From Acidobacteriota bacterium (GTDB taxonomy: Bacteria > Acidobacteriota > Blastocatellia > Pyrinomonadales > Pyrinomonadaceae), in contig JAEWFC010000004.1 in NCBI GenBank assembly GCA_023389035.1, positions 39,894-103,893 on the forward strand: a DNA stretch of 64,000 bases, in the 5' to 3' direction. Position 1 is the stretch's first letter, and every line of letters begins with the position of its first letter. Positions 17,509 to 28,076 of this stretch are shown here, one piece after another. Made by a program: the position numbers and the translations under genes. Below the pieces are notes generated by a model that ran no database searches, had not been told where the DNA came from, and saw nothing but the letters and a program-made list of their open reading frames with translations.

Positions 17509-18102
17509 GTGATCCACCATAAAACCGTTTCGCCGTACCTGCTGTTTTTCCTGCTGTTCGGGTCGTTCGTTCACTCAGCCGCACAAGACCGCCTGCCCTC
17601 AAAGATCCGCGGCTACAAGGTTCACAGCGAGATCCTTGAGATAGCATCGGACCGTTCGAGCTTGGCTGACCCGTCTGAACCAGATGTTGCGGCACCGGCG
17701 AACGTTTTCATTTCGGATCCGGAGATCCTCGATCTCTCGTTGACGGGTGTCGGCCTTAGTTTCCCGGTAGAGGTTCTATCGCGGGATCAGAGCGGGAAGG
17801 TCGACTTTTTATCTTTTCACGAAGTCCGAGTTAACGGCATCGCGGTCGAGCTTCCGGATTATACGCACAAATTCAAGTTTGAGAAGGGTGAAACCGTTAA
17901 GCTGCCCGAGCCTGCCGAGGTGTTGATCCCGACATCCGGACTCGTTCGAGCTGCTTGGCAGGAGATACGCGAAACTAAGGATACATGGACGGTGACCGGC
18001 CGTGTTTTTGTCTTCGGGAAGTTCAGGAAATTTGGGTTTCACCACAAACGAGTAGTGCCGGTCGATTTTGAGATCGTCATCGACAACCCGTTCAAACTCT
18101 AG
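17509..18102 (+). CDS. Secreted hypothetical protein
   Basis: In-frame GTG 17509 directly after the nusB stop gives VIHHKTVSPYLLFFLLFGSFVHSAAQ (signal peptide). The upstream part of track ORF 17347.. overlaps nusB. Confidence 0.5.
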   Translation: MIHHKTVSPYLLFFLLFGSFVHSAAQDRLPSKIRGYKVHSEILEIASDRSSLADPSEPDVAAPANVFISDPEILDLSLTGVGLSFPVEVLSRDQSGKVDFLSFHEVRVNGIAVELPDYTHKFKFEKGETVKLPEPAEVLIPTSGLVRAAWQEIRETKDTWTVTGRVFVFGKFRKFGFHHKRVVPVDFEIVIDNPFKL

Positions 18103-18198
18103 CCAAACCAGCCGTAGCTTATCTTTTCTCCCCGATTACGCTAAAATTAACATTTACGGCAAAAATACCTGTAAAGCAGTTTTTTATTGAGGAATATC

Positions 18199-21100
18199 GT
18201 GAGCGAATCAATCACAAACATATCGGAATACATCGAAGAAAGCTTTGGCGCGAACGCGAGTTATGTCGAGGGTCTATTGGCCCGTTACCGGAACGACGCG
18301 AAGTCGGTGGATGAATCATGGCAGGCATTCTTCAGCGAAATGTTAGACGGGCAGGCCGGAAATGAATCAAAGTCCGCACCTAAGGCTGAAGCTGCAGCGG
18401 CACCGAGTGCACCTGTCGAGAAGGCAAAGCCTGCACCCGCCGCGCCTCAGCACGCCGATGGGGCATCGAAACCGCTGATCGGAGCCGCGAAAAAGATCGT
18501 TGAGAACATGGAAACCAGCCTCACGGTCCCGACCGCCACAAGCGTTCGGTCGATGCCCGTGAAGCTGCTGGATGAAAACCGCCGAGTTATAAATAACCAG
18601 TTGGCGATCAGGGGCGGCGGAAAGGTCTCATTCACGCACCTCATCGCATGGGCGATCATCAAGGCAGCGAAGGAATACCCGGCGATGAATAACGGGTATG
18701 GCGTGATAGATGGTGCACCTTCGCGTATCGAAAATCCGAGTATTAACCTCGGAATAGCGATCGATATAGAGAAAAAGGACGGATCTCGAAACCTCTTGGT
18801 ACCCAATATCAAGGGTTGCGAGAAGATGAACTTCTCAGAGTTTTTCAGTGCGTACAATGCGACGGTCCAAAAGGCTCGCGACGGAAAGCTCGAGATCGCA
18901 GATTTCCAGGGTACGACTATCTCGCTCACCAATCCCGGCACGCTCGGAACGGTTTCTTCCAACCCGCGGCTGATGGCGGGCCAAAGCACGATCATAGCCA
19001 CAGGGGCGATCGAGTTTCCGGCCGAATATCAGGCGATGACGCCGGCAGCACTTTCGCTGCTAGGTATCAGCAAGATCATTACGCTTTCGAGCACGTACGA
19101 CCATCGGATCATTCAAGGTGCCGAAAGCGGCCTATTTCTCGGCAAGATCCACGAATATCTGATCGGTCAGCACGATTTCTATGATGAGATATTCGATTCG
19201 CTAGCGCTTTACCTTTCCCCGCTGCGATGGGCTGAGGACTACAACCCTTCTTTATTCGGCGGCGACAACCTTTCGGAACAGGCGGAGAAGCAGGCAAACG
19301 TTCTGCAGCTTATAAACGCGTATCGCATTCGCGGCCACCTGTTAGCGGATATCGATCCGCTCAACATGACGACGCATCGCGAGGCCGAGCTCGAATTAGA
19401 AAATTTCGGCCTTACGATCTGGGATCTCGATCGCACGTTTATCAGCGGCGGGCTCCACGGTGAAAAGACTGCGACGCTGCGTCGGATCCTGGATATTCTG
19501 CGAAAGGCCTACTGCGGAAAGGTCGGGATCGAGTATCAGCACATCAGGAGCAAAGAAGAAAAGGTTTGGATCCGAAACCGTATCCGTGAAGAGTTCGTCG
19601 ATCAGGATCCGCTCGATCCTTCGATCCGCAAAGACCTGCTTCAAAGATTGATCGAAGCCGAACAATTCGAGCAGTTTCTGCACAAGAAGTATCTCGGACA
19701 GAAACGTTTCTCGTTGGAAGGCTGCGAAACTGTGATACCGATGCTAGACCAGCTGGTCGAAGGAGCTGCCGCTCGAGGCGTCGATGAAATGTTCCTTGGC
19801 ATGGCCCACCGCGGCCGGCTCAACGTTCTGTCAAATATTGTGGGTAATGCAGAGACCGGTGATATGGCTGAACGCATATTCACGGTTTTTGAAGGCACTT
19901 CGCACCCGAGCTTCCCTGCCGACGAAGGCGACGTCAAATATCATCAGGGTGCGGTTGGTAAACGGCCGACAAAAGCTGGGAAGGAAGTGCGGATAGAGCT
20001 TGCCTGCAACCCATCGCACCTAGAATTTGTCGATCCCGTTGTAGAGGGAATGACGCGCGCACGACAGGACCAATTGCTCGGCGGTGAAGAAGCAGACGCT
20101 CGTCATCGCGATGCGGTCCATGACCGTATACTTCCGGTCTTGCTCCACGGTGATGCAGCCTTTGCAGGACAAGGTATCGTAATGGAAACGCTGCAGCTTG
20201 CTAACCTTCGCGGCTACCGCACAGGCGGCACGATCCATATCGTGATCAACAATCAGATCGGTTTTACGACATCCCCTGAGTCCGGCAGAAGCTCGATCTA
20301 TTCGACCGATGCAGCCCAGATCACACAGACGCCGATCTTTCATATTAATGGCGACGATCCTGAGGCCGCATTCAGGGTGATACAGATCGCCCTCGACTAT
20401 CGGCAGGCGTTTAACAAGGACGTTGTTTTAGACCTGGTCGGTTTCAGGCGTCTTGGACATAACGAGGGTGATGAACCCAGCTACACACAACCTGTAATGT
20501 ACGCGCGTGTAAAGGCTCATCCCGGAACGCGTCACCTATACGCCCAGCACCTGATCAGAGAGGGCGTGATCACACAGGAAGATCTCGACGCGATGACCGG
20601 CAAGGTCGTCGAAAAATACGAGGGCATACTTGAACGAGCAAAGGAGATCGCAGCTACGAAGCCGAAACGGCTCGAGGTCCCGGCCGCCATTGTAGAGGAA
20701 GACGGTTCCGGCACTTTCGATACCGGTGTTGCGGCTGACGTGATCCGTTCGATCGCAGAAAAGATCACACTGATCCCGGAAGGCTTCGGCATCAATCCTA
20801 AAATGGTCGGTCAACTCGGACGGCGTGCAAAGATGGGCACCGGCGAAGTTCCGATGGATTGGGGATTTGCAGAAGCGATGGCTTTCGGATCATTGGTCAA
20901 GGACGGCACGCGGGTACGCTTAAGCGGCCAAGACTCTGGCCGTGGCACATTCTCGCAACGCCATGCTCTGCTCTACGATACGAACACCGGTGATATGTGG
21001 TCACCGCTTGGGGACATTCGCACAGACGCAGACCCGCTAGCGAGGTTTCAGGTATATGACAGTTCGCTGTCCGAGAACGCGGTACTTGGTTTTGAATACG

Positions 21101-21957
21101 GCTACTCGCTCGTGTCCCCCGATTACCTCGTAATGTGGGAAGCTCAGTTCGGTGATTTTGCGAACGGTGCACAGGTCATAATCGACCAATATATCTCGGC
21201 CTCAGAAGACAAATGGAAGCAGAATTGCCGACTGGTCATGCTGTTGCCGCATGGTTTTGAGGGACAAGGCCCGGAGCACTCTTCCGCCCGTTTGGAGCGA
21301 TTTCTTCAGCTTTGCGGCGAAAACAATATGCAGGTCTGCTACCCGACGACGCCTGCACAGTACTTCCACTTGCTGAGGCGTCAGGTCAAGCAGGAAGCCG
21401 TCAGGCCGCTTATCGTAATGACGCCCAAGAGCCTGCTTCGACTGCCGGCAGCGTCATCAGCACTCGACGAGCTGACAACCGGTGGATTTCAACCCGTGCT
21501 CGACGACTCGCGAATCGGCGACCGCAGCAAGGTGAAACGTATCATTCTCTGTTCCGGAAAGGTGTTTTACGATCTCGACGCCGGGCGCAGCGAGTCACAC
21601 GATGACCGAGTTGCACTTATCAGGCTAGAGCAGTTTTACCCGTTTCCGGCGGTTAGGCTCCAAGAGATCTTTGCCACATTCCCGAACGCGACCCAACTCT
21701 ACTGGACGCAGGAAGAGCCGGAGAATATGGGCGGTTGGAATTTTGTTGAGCGCCGTTTACGGGAGATAAAACCTGAAAATGTCACTCTACGCTACGTCGG
21801 GCGCGTTCCGTCTGCATCGCCGGCTACAGGATCGTACGCGATCCATGAGTTAGAACAAAAGGAGATCGTTGAAACGGCCCTCATCAGCGATTCAGATGAG
21901 ATCTCCGCCGCCAGCGAACCGGAAGTCTCGGAAAAGATCGCACCTGCATCTGCTTGA
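18199..21957 (+). CDS. odhA: Multifunctional 2-oxoglutarate dehydrogenase E1 component fused to an E2-like succinyltransferase domain (Kgd/OdhA type)
   Basis: The N-terminal third carries a 2-oxoacid acyltransferase catalytic domain (STYDHRIIQGAESGLFL). The rest is E1o (GMAHRGRLNVL, LLHGDAAFAGQG, RRLGHNEGDEP, LLPHGFEGQGPEHSSARLERFL). GAGGAA RBS precedes GTG 18199; the track start is TTG 18187. Confidence 0.9.
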   Translation: MSESITNISEYIEESFGANASYVEGLLARYRNDAKSVDESWQAFFSEMLDGQAGNESKSAPKAEAAAAPSAPVEKAKPAPAAPQHADGASKPLIGAAKKIVENMETSLTVPTATSVRSMPVKLLDENRRVINNQLAIRGGGKVSFTHLIAWAIIKAAKEYPAMNNGYGVIDGAPSRIENPSINLGIAIDIEKKDGSRNLLVPNIKGCEKMNFSEFFSAYNATVQKARDGKLEIADFQGTTISLTNPGTLGTVSSNPRLMAGQSTIIATGAIEFPAEYQAMTPAALSLLGISKIITLSSTYDHRIIQGAESGLFLGKIHEYLIGQHDFYDEIFDSLALYLSPLRWAEDYNPSLFGGDNLSEQAEKQANVLQLINAYRIRGHLLADIDPLNMTTHREAELELENFGLTIWDLDRTFISGGLHGEKTATLRRILDILRKAYCGKVGIEYQHIRSKEEKVWIRNRIREEFVDQDPLDPSIRKDLLQRLIEAEQFEQFLHKKYLGQKRFSLEGCETVIPMLDQLVEGAAARGVDEMFLGMAHRGRLNVLSNIVGNAETGDMAERIFTVFEGTSHPSFPADEGDVKYHQGAVGKRPTKAGKEVRIELACNPSHLEFVDPVVEGMTRARQDQLLGGEEADARHRDAVHDRILPVLLHGDAAFAGQGIVMETLQLANLRGYRTGGTIHIVINNQIGFTTSPESGRSSIYSTDAAQITQTPIFHINGDDPEAAFRVIQIALDYRQAFNKDVVLDLVGFRRLGHNEGDEPSYTQPVMYARVKAHPGTRHLYAQHLIREGVITQEDLDAMTGKVVEKYEGILERAKEIAATKPKRLEVPAAIVEEDGSGTFDTGVAADVIRSIAEKITLIPEGFGINPKMVGQLGRRAKMGTGEVPMDWGFAEAMAFGSLVKDGTRVRLSGQDSGRGTFSQRHALLYDTNTGDMWSPLGDIRTDADPLARFQVYDSSLSENAVLGFEYGYSLVSPDYLVMWEAQFGDFANGAQVIIDQYISASEDKWKQNCRLVMLLPHGFEGQGPEHSSARLERFLQLCGENNMQVCYPTTPAQYFHLLRRQVKQEAVRPLIVMTPKSLLRLPAASSALDELTTGGFQPVLDDSRIGDRSKVKRIILCSGKVFYDLDAGRSESHDDRVALIRLEQFYPFPAVRLQEIFATFPNATQLYWTQEEPENMGGWNFVERRLREIKPENVTLRYVGRVPSASPATGSYAIHELEQKEIVETALISDSDEISAASEPEVSEKIAPASA

Positions 21958-21975
21958 TGCGTGATTGAAAAGAGC

Positions 21976-22008
21976 AAGGGTGTAGCCGTCGGCACACCCT
22001 TATTTTTT
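21976..22008 (+). terminator. Intrinsic terminator after odhA (A/T-flanked, possibly bidirectional)
   Basis: AAGGGTGT (21976-21983) pairs with ACACCCTT (21994-22001), with an inner GCC/GGC extension, followed by ATTTTTT. Confidence 0.6.
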
Positions 22009-22794
22009 GGCCTTTTCGGATTGCTTTTTAATTCGGGCGACGATCTGTTCAGCGTGGTTCCGGGCGATCATCGGAATGCGTTCTTCGCTGCTTAATCCTG
22101 TCAGAAACGGCAGCATCTGTTCGGGGTCCGATATCTCGCCGCGGCGAAGGTATCCATCGAGAGCAGTCATTAGACGCGGGGCATCGAGCGGTTGGTTCTC
22201 TCGCGAAAGCCCCATGTCGAACATCCAGATATATTGGTGTCCGATCTTACGATACTCGTCCATCAAGGCTTTAGCGGCTTTGTTATCGGTCCAGTTATAA
22301 CTGACCGTCCGCGAACGTTCGTCGGTGCGAAGTGTGAACGTCATCGTACCGAGATGTGAATAGTCCTTTTCAAATTGATAATGTTCCTTCGAATCAAGAA
22401 AGCGAAGTTCCGATAACGCTGCTTCTATCCTGCCAAGAGTGGTGAAGCTGAGCCGGATCGGATCGGTGATCGCCTCATCGGCACCGCTTTTCGAGAACTC
22501 GATCTCGCCTATCCCGTTGTCGTCATGTCGGATCGCAACGCGGGAGACTATAAAATCAGGCCTTGTGAATTCGTAGATGTGAGTGAAAGATCCGCCGACA
22601 GCTGCCGCGACCGTCGGTTTGGATTCTCCACGTAAGTTCTTTTTAGCGGCAGGTTTCGTATCGGCGGCAGGTTCTTTAACTGTCTGCGAAGGCGGTTCCG
22701 GTGGCTTGGGAGTCTTCCCTCGTCTCTGCCCACTCACCGGGAGAGCGATCAATACGATCAACAGGACCGGGATAAAGATGAATCGCTTCTGCAT
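22000..22794 (-). CDS. Secreted hypothetical protein
   Basis: Start preferred at ATG 22794 (MQKRFIFIPVLLIVLIALPVSGQ signal peptide), followed by a Pro/Lys-rich linker and then a globular part. No domain recognised. Confidence 0.55.
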   Translation of the reverse strand: MQKRFIFIPVLLIVLIALPVSGQRRGKTPKPPEPPSQTVKEPAADTKPAAKKNLRGESKPTVAAAVGGSFTHIYEFTRPDFIVSRVAIRHDDNGIGEIEFSKSGADEAITDPIRLSFTTLGRIEAALSELRFLDSKEHYQFEKDYSHLGTMTFTLRTDERSRTVSYNWTDNKAAKALMDEYRKIGHQYIWMFDMGLSRENQPLDAPRLMTALDGYLRRGEISDPEQMLPFLTGLSSEERIPMIARNHAEQIVARIKKQSEKAKK

Positions 22795-22900
22795 AAAAAA
22801 CAAGCCCGGCAGACTGGCCGGGCAAATTCGAAATAATATCACAACAGGGCCGCAAATGCTTAGATGTCGAGGTGCGGCCTATGGTTCGTCCGTCCGCATC

Positions 22901-25900
22901 TTACTCGAACCGAACAGAGACGACCTTTGAGACACCTGCTTCCTGCATTGTTACACCGTAAAGCGCGCGGGCTGCTTCCATTGTGCGTTTGTTATGCGTG
23001 ATGACGATAAACTGTGTCTTTTCAGACATATCTGCGATCTTAGAGACAAATCGACCGACGTTCGCATCATCAAGCGGGGCGTCAACCTCGTCCAAAAGGC
23101 AGAACGGAGACGGGCGGTACTTAAAGATGGCGAGAACAAGGGCGATCGCGGTCATCGCCTTTTCTCCGCCGGAAAGCAAAAGGATGTTTTGCAGGCGTTT
23201 GCCGGGTGGCTGGGCTACGACCTCAATACCGGCCTCGAGAATATCGTCTGATTCCAGCAGCGACATTTCGCCGTGGCCACCGCCAAATAATTCAGAGAAA
23301 AACTCCTTGAAATTCTCGTTGATCGCATGAAACGCTAGACGGAAACGCTCGCGTGAGCGCTGTTTGATCTCGCGAAGGGCCTCTTCCGCCGACGAGATGC
23401 TATCGACGATATCCTGCCGCTGCGACGTGAGGAAAAGCAGCCGTTCCTCGGCTTCGGCGAGTTCATCGACCGCGAGCATATTTATCGCACCGAAACCTTC
23501 CAAACGTTCCCGAAGATCATCGGTCCGCGTCCTGGCTTCAGCGAGATCGAATCCTTCGGGTATCGCTTCCGATCCGACGAGATCGGTAAGGGAAACCCCG
23601 AGCTCCTGATGGCAGTGTTCCTGGATATTTTTGAGATGCGTGACAGCTTCGGTCTGGCGGACCTCGATCGCGGCACGCTCGTTCATTGCATCGGCCGTAC
23701 GCCGGTTGAGATCGGAAAGCTCTTCTGCCGTCACGTCAGCCTTTTGGCGTGCTATCGCGACCGCCGAGATGGCGGACTCAAGTTCTTCCCTTTCAGCAGT
23801 TACGGCCGAGTCTACGCTTCCGATCAGGTTCGATATTTCGCTGACAGAGTTGCGAAGTGCTTCGATCCGCGTTTCGGTTTCTGCAGTCTCAGCCTTCAGT
23901 GACTGGATCCGAAGTCCGAGCTCTTTGATCTCGTTTCCGACCCGGTCCAATGCCGCCTGGACCGAACGCCGCCGCTCTCCTGACGTAGCCGCGAGGGTGC
24001 GTTTTTGATTAAGATTTGTGTTCTCGGCGTCAGCCTGCTCGCGGGCATCGGTGAGCCTAAGTCCAATCCGTGTAAGGTTTTCCTGCGCAGATTCCTTAGA
24101 GGATTCAGCTCGTGTGCGGCTTTCGCGGGCCTCGACGATGCGGCCTTCGATCTCGCTGATCTCTGCCTTGATCTGGGCGGATTCTTCGCTTACGACACGG
24201 CGGTGACGCTCTGCACGATCGATCTCCTGCTTTAGATTTGTCTCGCGGATCTCAAGGCTCAACAGATGGCGCTCGACCTTGATGATCACAGACTGCAGGT
24301 CTACGGTCCGTTCCTCGATCTCCGTAAGTTTTGTCCTTTCGGAAGTTACGAATTGCTCAGCCGTAGCCGCAGCAGCCGAAAGCTTCTCGGATTCGCGGGC
24401 GAGAACTGATAGCTCGCGTTTGAAAGCGAGCAGCGATTCATTCTTTCCGGCGGACGCCGCATTGCCGCTAACCATCAGGCTGCCGCCCACAAGCATATCG
24501 CCAATTAGGTCCACCACAACGGATCCGGCGGCTGCGGGCGAACCATTGAGGCTATCGACCAAACGGGCAGATAATTCACGCGGAAATGCCTCACGGAGAA
24601 CTGTCAAAACAGCATCTGACGTGCCGAGTGCCTGGGCCACTGTGGACGCGGCCCCTATTGACCGCTTGCCCGATTCAGCCGACGATATGCCGGGTGCGAT
24701 CAGAATGGGAACGCGGCCTGTTCCGCTCGAATGAAGCCATTCTGAAAGCCGTTTTGCGTCTGCGTATTCTTCGACTAAAACAGCCTGCAGATAAACGCCG
24801 AAGAGGTTCTCCACGGCACGCTCTGCACGCTCCTCTACATTGAGGTAATCTGCAAGAACGCCCCGGATATTCACGCCGATCGATTCCTGTGCGGCGAAAA
24901 GCTTTTGTACTTGCGGAGCGTAAACGGCACGTTTTTCCTCGAGCTCTTGAAGTGTTTCAAGGCGATTTCGCGTTCGAGAGAGCTCGGCTTGGCTATCTTT
25001 CAGGGCAGCTTCGGCTTTTGCGAGCGAATCGCGGGCTGACGAAGCCTCTGCGTTCAACCCCGATTTCTCCGAATGAAGGTCCTCAAGCTTTTTACGTTCC
25101 GTGGCGAGTTCTTGAGTTACCGACTGCGACTCGCTTACGTGGCTTTCGTAGGACTCATCAGCGCGAGCGGATTCGCTTGCGAGGCCCGCAGAACGCTCGT
25201 GCAGACGTTCCAGATTTAAGGAAAGCTGGCGAGCGATCTCATCAAAGCGTTCGACCGCAGCGGTGTGTTTTAACAGCTCACCGCGAGCCTCTTCCATTTC
25301 TTTTTCGATCTTGCGAACATCACCTATCTTTTCGCCATATTGCTTTTCAGCCTCGATCAAAATGAGCCTTGAAGCGTCGGCCTCGGCCCCTTCTTTTTGC
25401 TCCTCGATCTCGAGCCGCGAACGTTCGGATTCCGCAAGCGTCTGGCGTTCCGTAGCCGCAACTATCTCATTCTGAAGAGTTTCGAGGCGCTGGTTTAAGG
25501 AAATGATCTGTTCCGTCTGGTAACGATGCTCCCGTTCCGTACGATCGCGTTCCAGCGCATTTTGTGAATGCTGCCTGCGGACCTCGGCCAGAGCTTCTTC
25601 GGCAAGACGGGCTTCCTGCGTCGCGGTGCGGACGGAATTTTCCTGATCGGCTACCTTTTGGATGAACTCTTTCTCGACGGACGCGGCCTTTGTGAGCTCT
25701 GTCTCGAGTTCCCTGATCAGGGTCGAGAAATGCTTGCCCTCTGCTGCGAAGAGCTGCCGCAAAAGCACGCGAAATTCTTCCTGCAAAATGACATAGCGGC
25801 GTGTTTTGGATGCCTGCCTGCGGAGCGAATTGGCCTGCTTCTCGATCTCCGAAACGATATCCGAGATGCGGCCGAGGTTGGTCTTTGCGGATTCCAGACG

Positions 25901-26728
25901 TGATTCGGCAGCACGCTGACGTGTGCGGAATTTCGAGATGCCCGCGGCTTCTTCGATAAGATTGCGGCGATCGCCGGGCTTTGCGGAAAGGATCTGACCG
26001 ATACGGCCCTGCTCGACGATAGCGTAGTGCGAGCCTGAAAGGCCCGTCCCCGCGAAAAGGTCTTGAATGTCACGAAGCCGGCATGTCTTTCCGTTGAGCA
26101 GATACTCGCTTTCGCCCGATAAATAGAGCCTTCTGGTAACTGAAACCGCTTCGCCTGGAGCGAAATCCAAAGCGAATGAACGCGGCCTCCAATGCCTTTT
26201 TGTTTTGACCGTCCGCTCGACTATTTGTGCCGAACCGACCTGTGCGGCCTGGACCTTTTCGACCGAAACGTCGTCGTGGAACCCATTTGGCTCCGACGCT
26301 TGCTCGGTCGCGATAACTTCAATATTCTCAGTAGTTTCCGCAGGCTCAGCCCCGGCCTGTTCAGCCTCAATCGCGTCGACGTCGACGGCGAGCTCATCGA
26401 TGGAGCTCAAGGTTTCATCAATGTCCTCAAGTTCCGCATCCTCAAAATCCACAGCGTCCTCATCACGGACCATGTGGAGAACGACCTCGGCCATTCCTGA
26501 GGGTTTGCGATTTTTTGTGCCCTGGAAAACGACGTCCTTCATCTCGCCGCCGCGAAGCGATTTTGCACGCTGTTCGCCAAGGACCCACGAGATCGAATCG
26601 GAGACATTTGACTTGCCGCAGCCATTCGGGCCGACGACGGCAGTTATCCCGTTACCGGTAAAAACGATCTCAGTGTAATCGGCAAATGACTTGAAGCCGG
26701 TGATTTCCAGACGTTGAAGCTTAAACAT
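22901..26728 (-). CDS. smc: Chromosome segregation protein SMC
   Basis: 1275 aa with Walker A GPNGCGKSN at the N-terminus, long coiled coils, a hinge, the C-terminal signature LSGGEK and Walker B FCLLDEVDAPLD. Confidence 0.95.
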   Translation of the reverse strand: MFKLQRLEITGFKSFADYTEIVFTGNGITAVVGPNGCGKSNVSDSISWVLGEQRAKSLRGGEMKDVVFQGTKNRKPSGMAEVVLHMVRDEDAVDFEDAELEDIDETLSSIDELAVDVDAIEAEQAGAEPAETTENIEVIATEQASEPNGFHDDVSVEKVQAAQVGSAQIVERTVKTKRHWRPRSFALDFAPGEAVSVTRRLYLSGESEYLLNGKTCRLRDIQDLFAGTGLSGSHYAIVEQGRIGQILSAKPGDRRNLIEEAAGISKFRTRQRAAESRLESAKTNLGRISDIVSEIEKQANSLRRQASKTRRYVILQEEFRVLLRQLFAAEGKHFSTLIRELETELTKAASVEKEFIQKVADQENSVRTATQEARLAEEALAEVRRQHSQNALERDRTEREHRYQTEQIISLNQRLETLQNEIVAATERQTLAESERSRLEIEEQKEGAEADASRLILIEAEKQYGEKIGDVRKIEKEMEEARGELLKHTAAVERFDEIARQLSLNLERLHERSAGLASESARADESYESHVSESQSVTQELATERKKLEDLHSEKSGLNAEASSARDSLAKAEAALKDSQAELSRTRNRLETLQELEEKRAVYAPQVQKLFAAQESIGVNIRGVLADYLNVEERAERAVENLFGVYLQAVLVEEYADAKRLSEWLHSSGTGRVPILIAPGISSAESGKRSIGAASTVAQALGTSDAVLTVLREAFPRELSARLVDSLNGSPAAAGSVVVDLIGDMLVGGSLMVSGNAASAGKNESLLAFKRELSVLARESEKLSAAAATAEQFVTSERTKLTEIEERTVDLQSVIIKVERHLLSLEIRETNLKQEIDRAERHRRVVSEESAQIKAEISEIEGRIVEARESRTRAESSKESAQENLTRIGLRLTDAREQADAENTNLNQKRTLAATSGERRRSVQAALDRVGNEIKELGLRIQSLKAETAETETRIEALRNSVSEISNLIGSVDSAVTAEREELESAISAVAIARQKADVTAEELSDLNRRTADAMNERAAIEVRQTEAVTHLKNIQEHCHQELGVSLTDLVGSEAIPEGFDLAEARTRTDDLRERLEGFGAINMLAVDELAEAEERLLFLTSQRQDIVDSISSAEEALREIKQRSRERFRLAFHAINENFKEFFSELFGGGHGEMSLLESDDILEAGIEVVAQPPGKRLQNILLLSGGEKAMTAIALVLAIFKYRPSPFCLLDEVDAPLDDANVGRFVSKIADMSEKTQFIVITHNKRTMEAARALYGVTMQEAGVSKVVSVRFE

Positions 26729-26824
26729 TCTATAGTGCCTGCAGTTTGGGGTGGCACTATATTTTGGGGTATTTGCCTCTCGAAGTCAAACAAAATATCT
26801 CCCAGCCGGGCCGATAAAGCGCGC

Positions 26825-26864
26825 AAAAAAGCCGCCGGTTGCGATTAGGCTGCGGGGCTTTTTT
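26825..26864 (-). terminator. A6/T6-flanked imperfect hairpin downstream of the DUF4388 gene
   Basis: aaaaaaGCCgCCG...CGGGGCtttttt. The stem has a bulge, so this is a moderate prediction. Confidence 0.35.
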
Positions 26865-26906
26865 ATCTTCGCAAAGAGTCAACACGAAGACGCAATTAAG
26901 TTGTTG

Positions 26907-27644
26907 TTATTTCAGGCCTTGCTGTTCTGCTCGCTCATTATCGAGCTCCGTGAGAACGTCAAGAAGGAAATTGGTATTGCTGCTGACAGCGATAACGACC
27001 GGGAATTCCTGGGCGGCTGTAGTGAATTCGAATGTACCGCTGTTAAGTTCAATGATGTCACGAAATGCGGTCACGCCGTTGCGGCCATTGCACTCGGCAT
27101 CGACGATCTTGCCTTCGTTAAAAGAGACGCTGGCAAGGTACATATCGGATTTCAGTACCAGTAAGCCCGTCATTTTGGCGTTCTCAATGACCTGAACGGC
27201 GTCGAAAATGCTTACGTAGCCAATATTTCCGGCGAAAGTGACGTCCGTGCGGACCTTTTGCGGCGAGCGGTCGCGGCTGGTCGCGTAATCAGGACGGCGG
27301 GCACGGCGAATTGCCTCAAGTCCCGGAGCTACCGAGATCCGCGGGTCCAAAAGCTTGGCTTCCTGCAGGCGATCATAGGCCAGGTCAAATTCTTCGCGGC
27401 CGATGTAAAGTGTTACAAGTGCTAGACATTGCCGTGCGGCCTCGGTCAGATCCTTTTGCTTGATGCAGAGATCCCGCATCTTTTCGCGGAGCGGGATCGA
27501 CCGCGGACTGCGCTCGAGAGATTCGCGTAAAAGACTGAAGGCTTTCTCGGGCGAAGCGTATTTTACAAAGAGATCGGCATCAAGCAGGACGCTTTCGATA
27601 GAGACCTCGGAGATCGGAATGGTGGGCTCAACTACTTGATTCAT
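26907..27644 (-). CDS. DUF4388 (PATAN-like) domain protein with N-terminal helical/TPR-like region
   Basis: C-terminal FAGNIGYVSIFDAVQVIENAKMTGLLVLKSD...VSFNEGKIVDAE...GTFEF matches the DUF4388 pattern. Confidence 0.6.
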   Translation of the reverse strand: MNQVVEPTIPISEVSIESVLLDADLFVKYASPEKAFSLLRESLERSPRSIPLREKMRDLCIKQKDLTEAARQCLALVTLYIGREEFDLAYDRLQEAKLLDPRISVAPGLEAIRRARRPDYATSRDRSPQKVRTDVTFAGNIGYVSIFDAVQVIENAKMTGLLVLKSDMYLASVSFNEGKIVDAECNGRNGVTAFRDIIELNSGTFEFTTAAQEFPVVIAVSSNTNFLLDVLTELDNERAEQQGLK

Positions 27645-27942
27645 AGGCGGGGCCGAACAACGATGTTCAACATTTCAAATTTACCATAAACTGCCGGGTA
27701 ACTTCCACCATTTTTTCGTCTTTCAATTCGGCTGCTATCTCGTCGTCTCTCCAGACTCTCCGCGATAGCCCGCAGTATGTGCGGCGGCTCGTTCGTTCAC
27801 CGCTGACGTCCCCAATGACGGCGCCAAAGCGTGCATATCGGACATGCCGAGTCGGCACCACGCGAAAATCTGCGGTCACCAACAGCATTTTGGTGACGCA
27901 TTTTGATCGGACCTTGCATATCGCGCAGTTTAGCCTTTTTCG

Positions 27943-27978
27943 TGCAAATCGTGCATATCACGCATATCGCGCGATCTG
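27943..27978 (+). promoter_or_regulatory. Four tandem 9-bp direct repeats (GTGCAAATC GTGCATATC ACGCATATC GCGCGATCT) upstream of 28077
   Basis: Read directly from the sequence. Further dispersed copies: GTGCATATC at 27832-27840 and TTGCATATC at 27915-27923. Confidence 0.5.
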
Positions 27979-28076
27979 CCCATCGAAAGCGTGCTAACCG
28001 GTGCTAAAACAGTGAGCATACCGAACGGCGAGTGTGCCGGCACGGAAGGAAAACAAAGAATAGGAGAACCATATAA

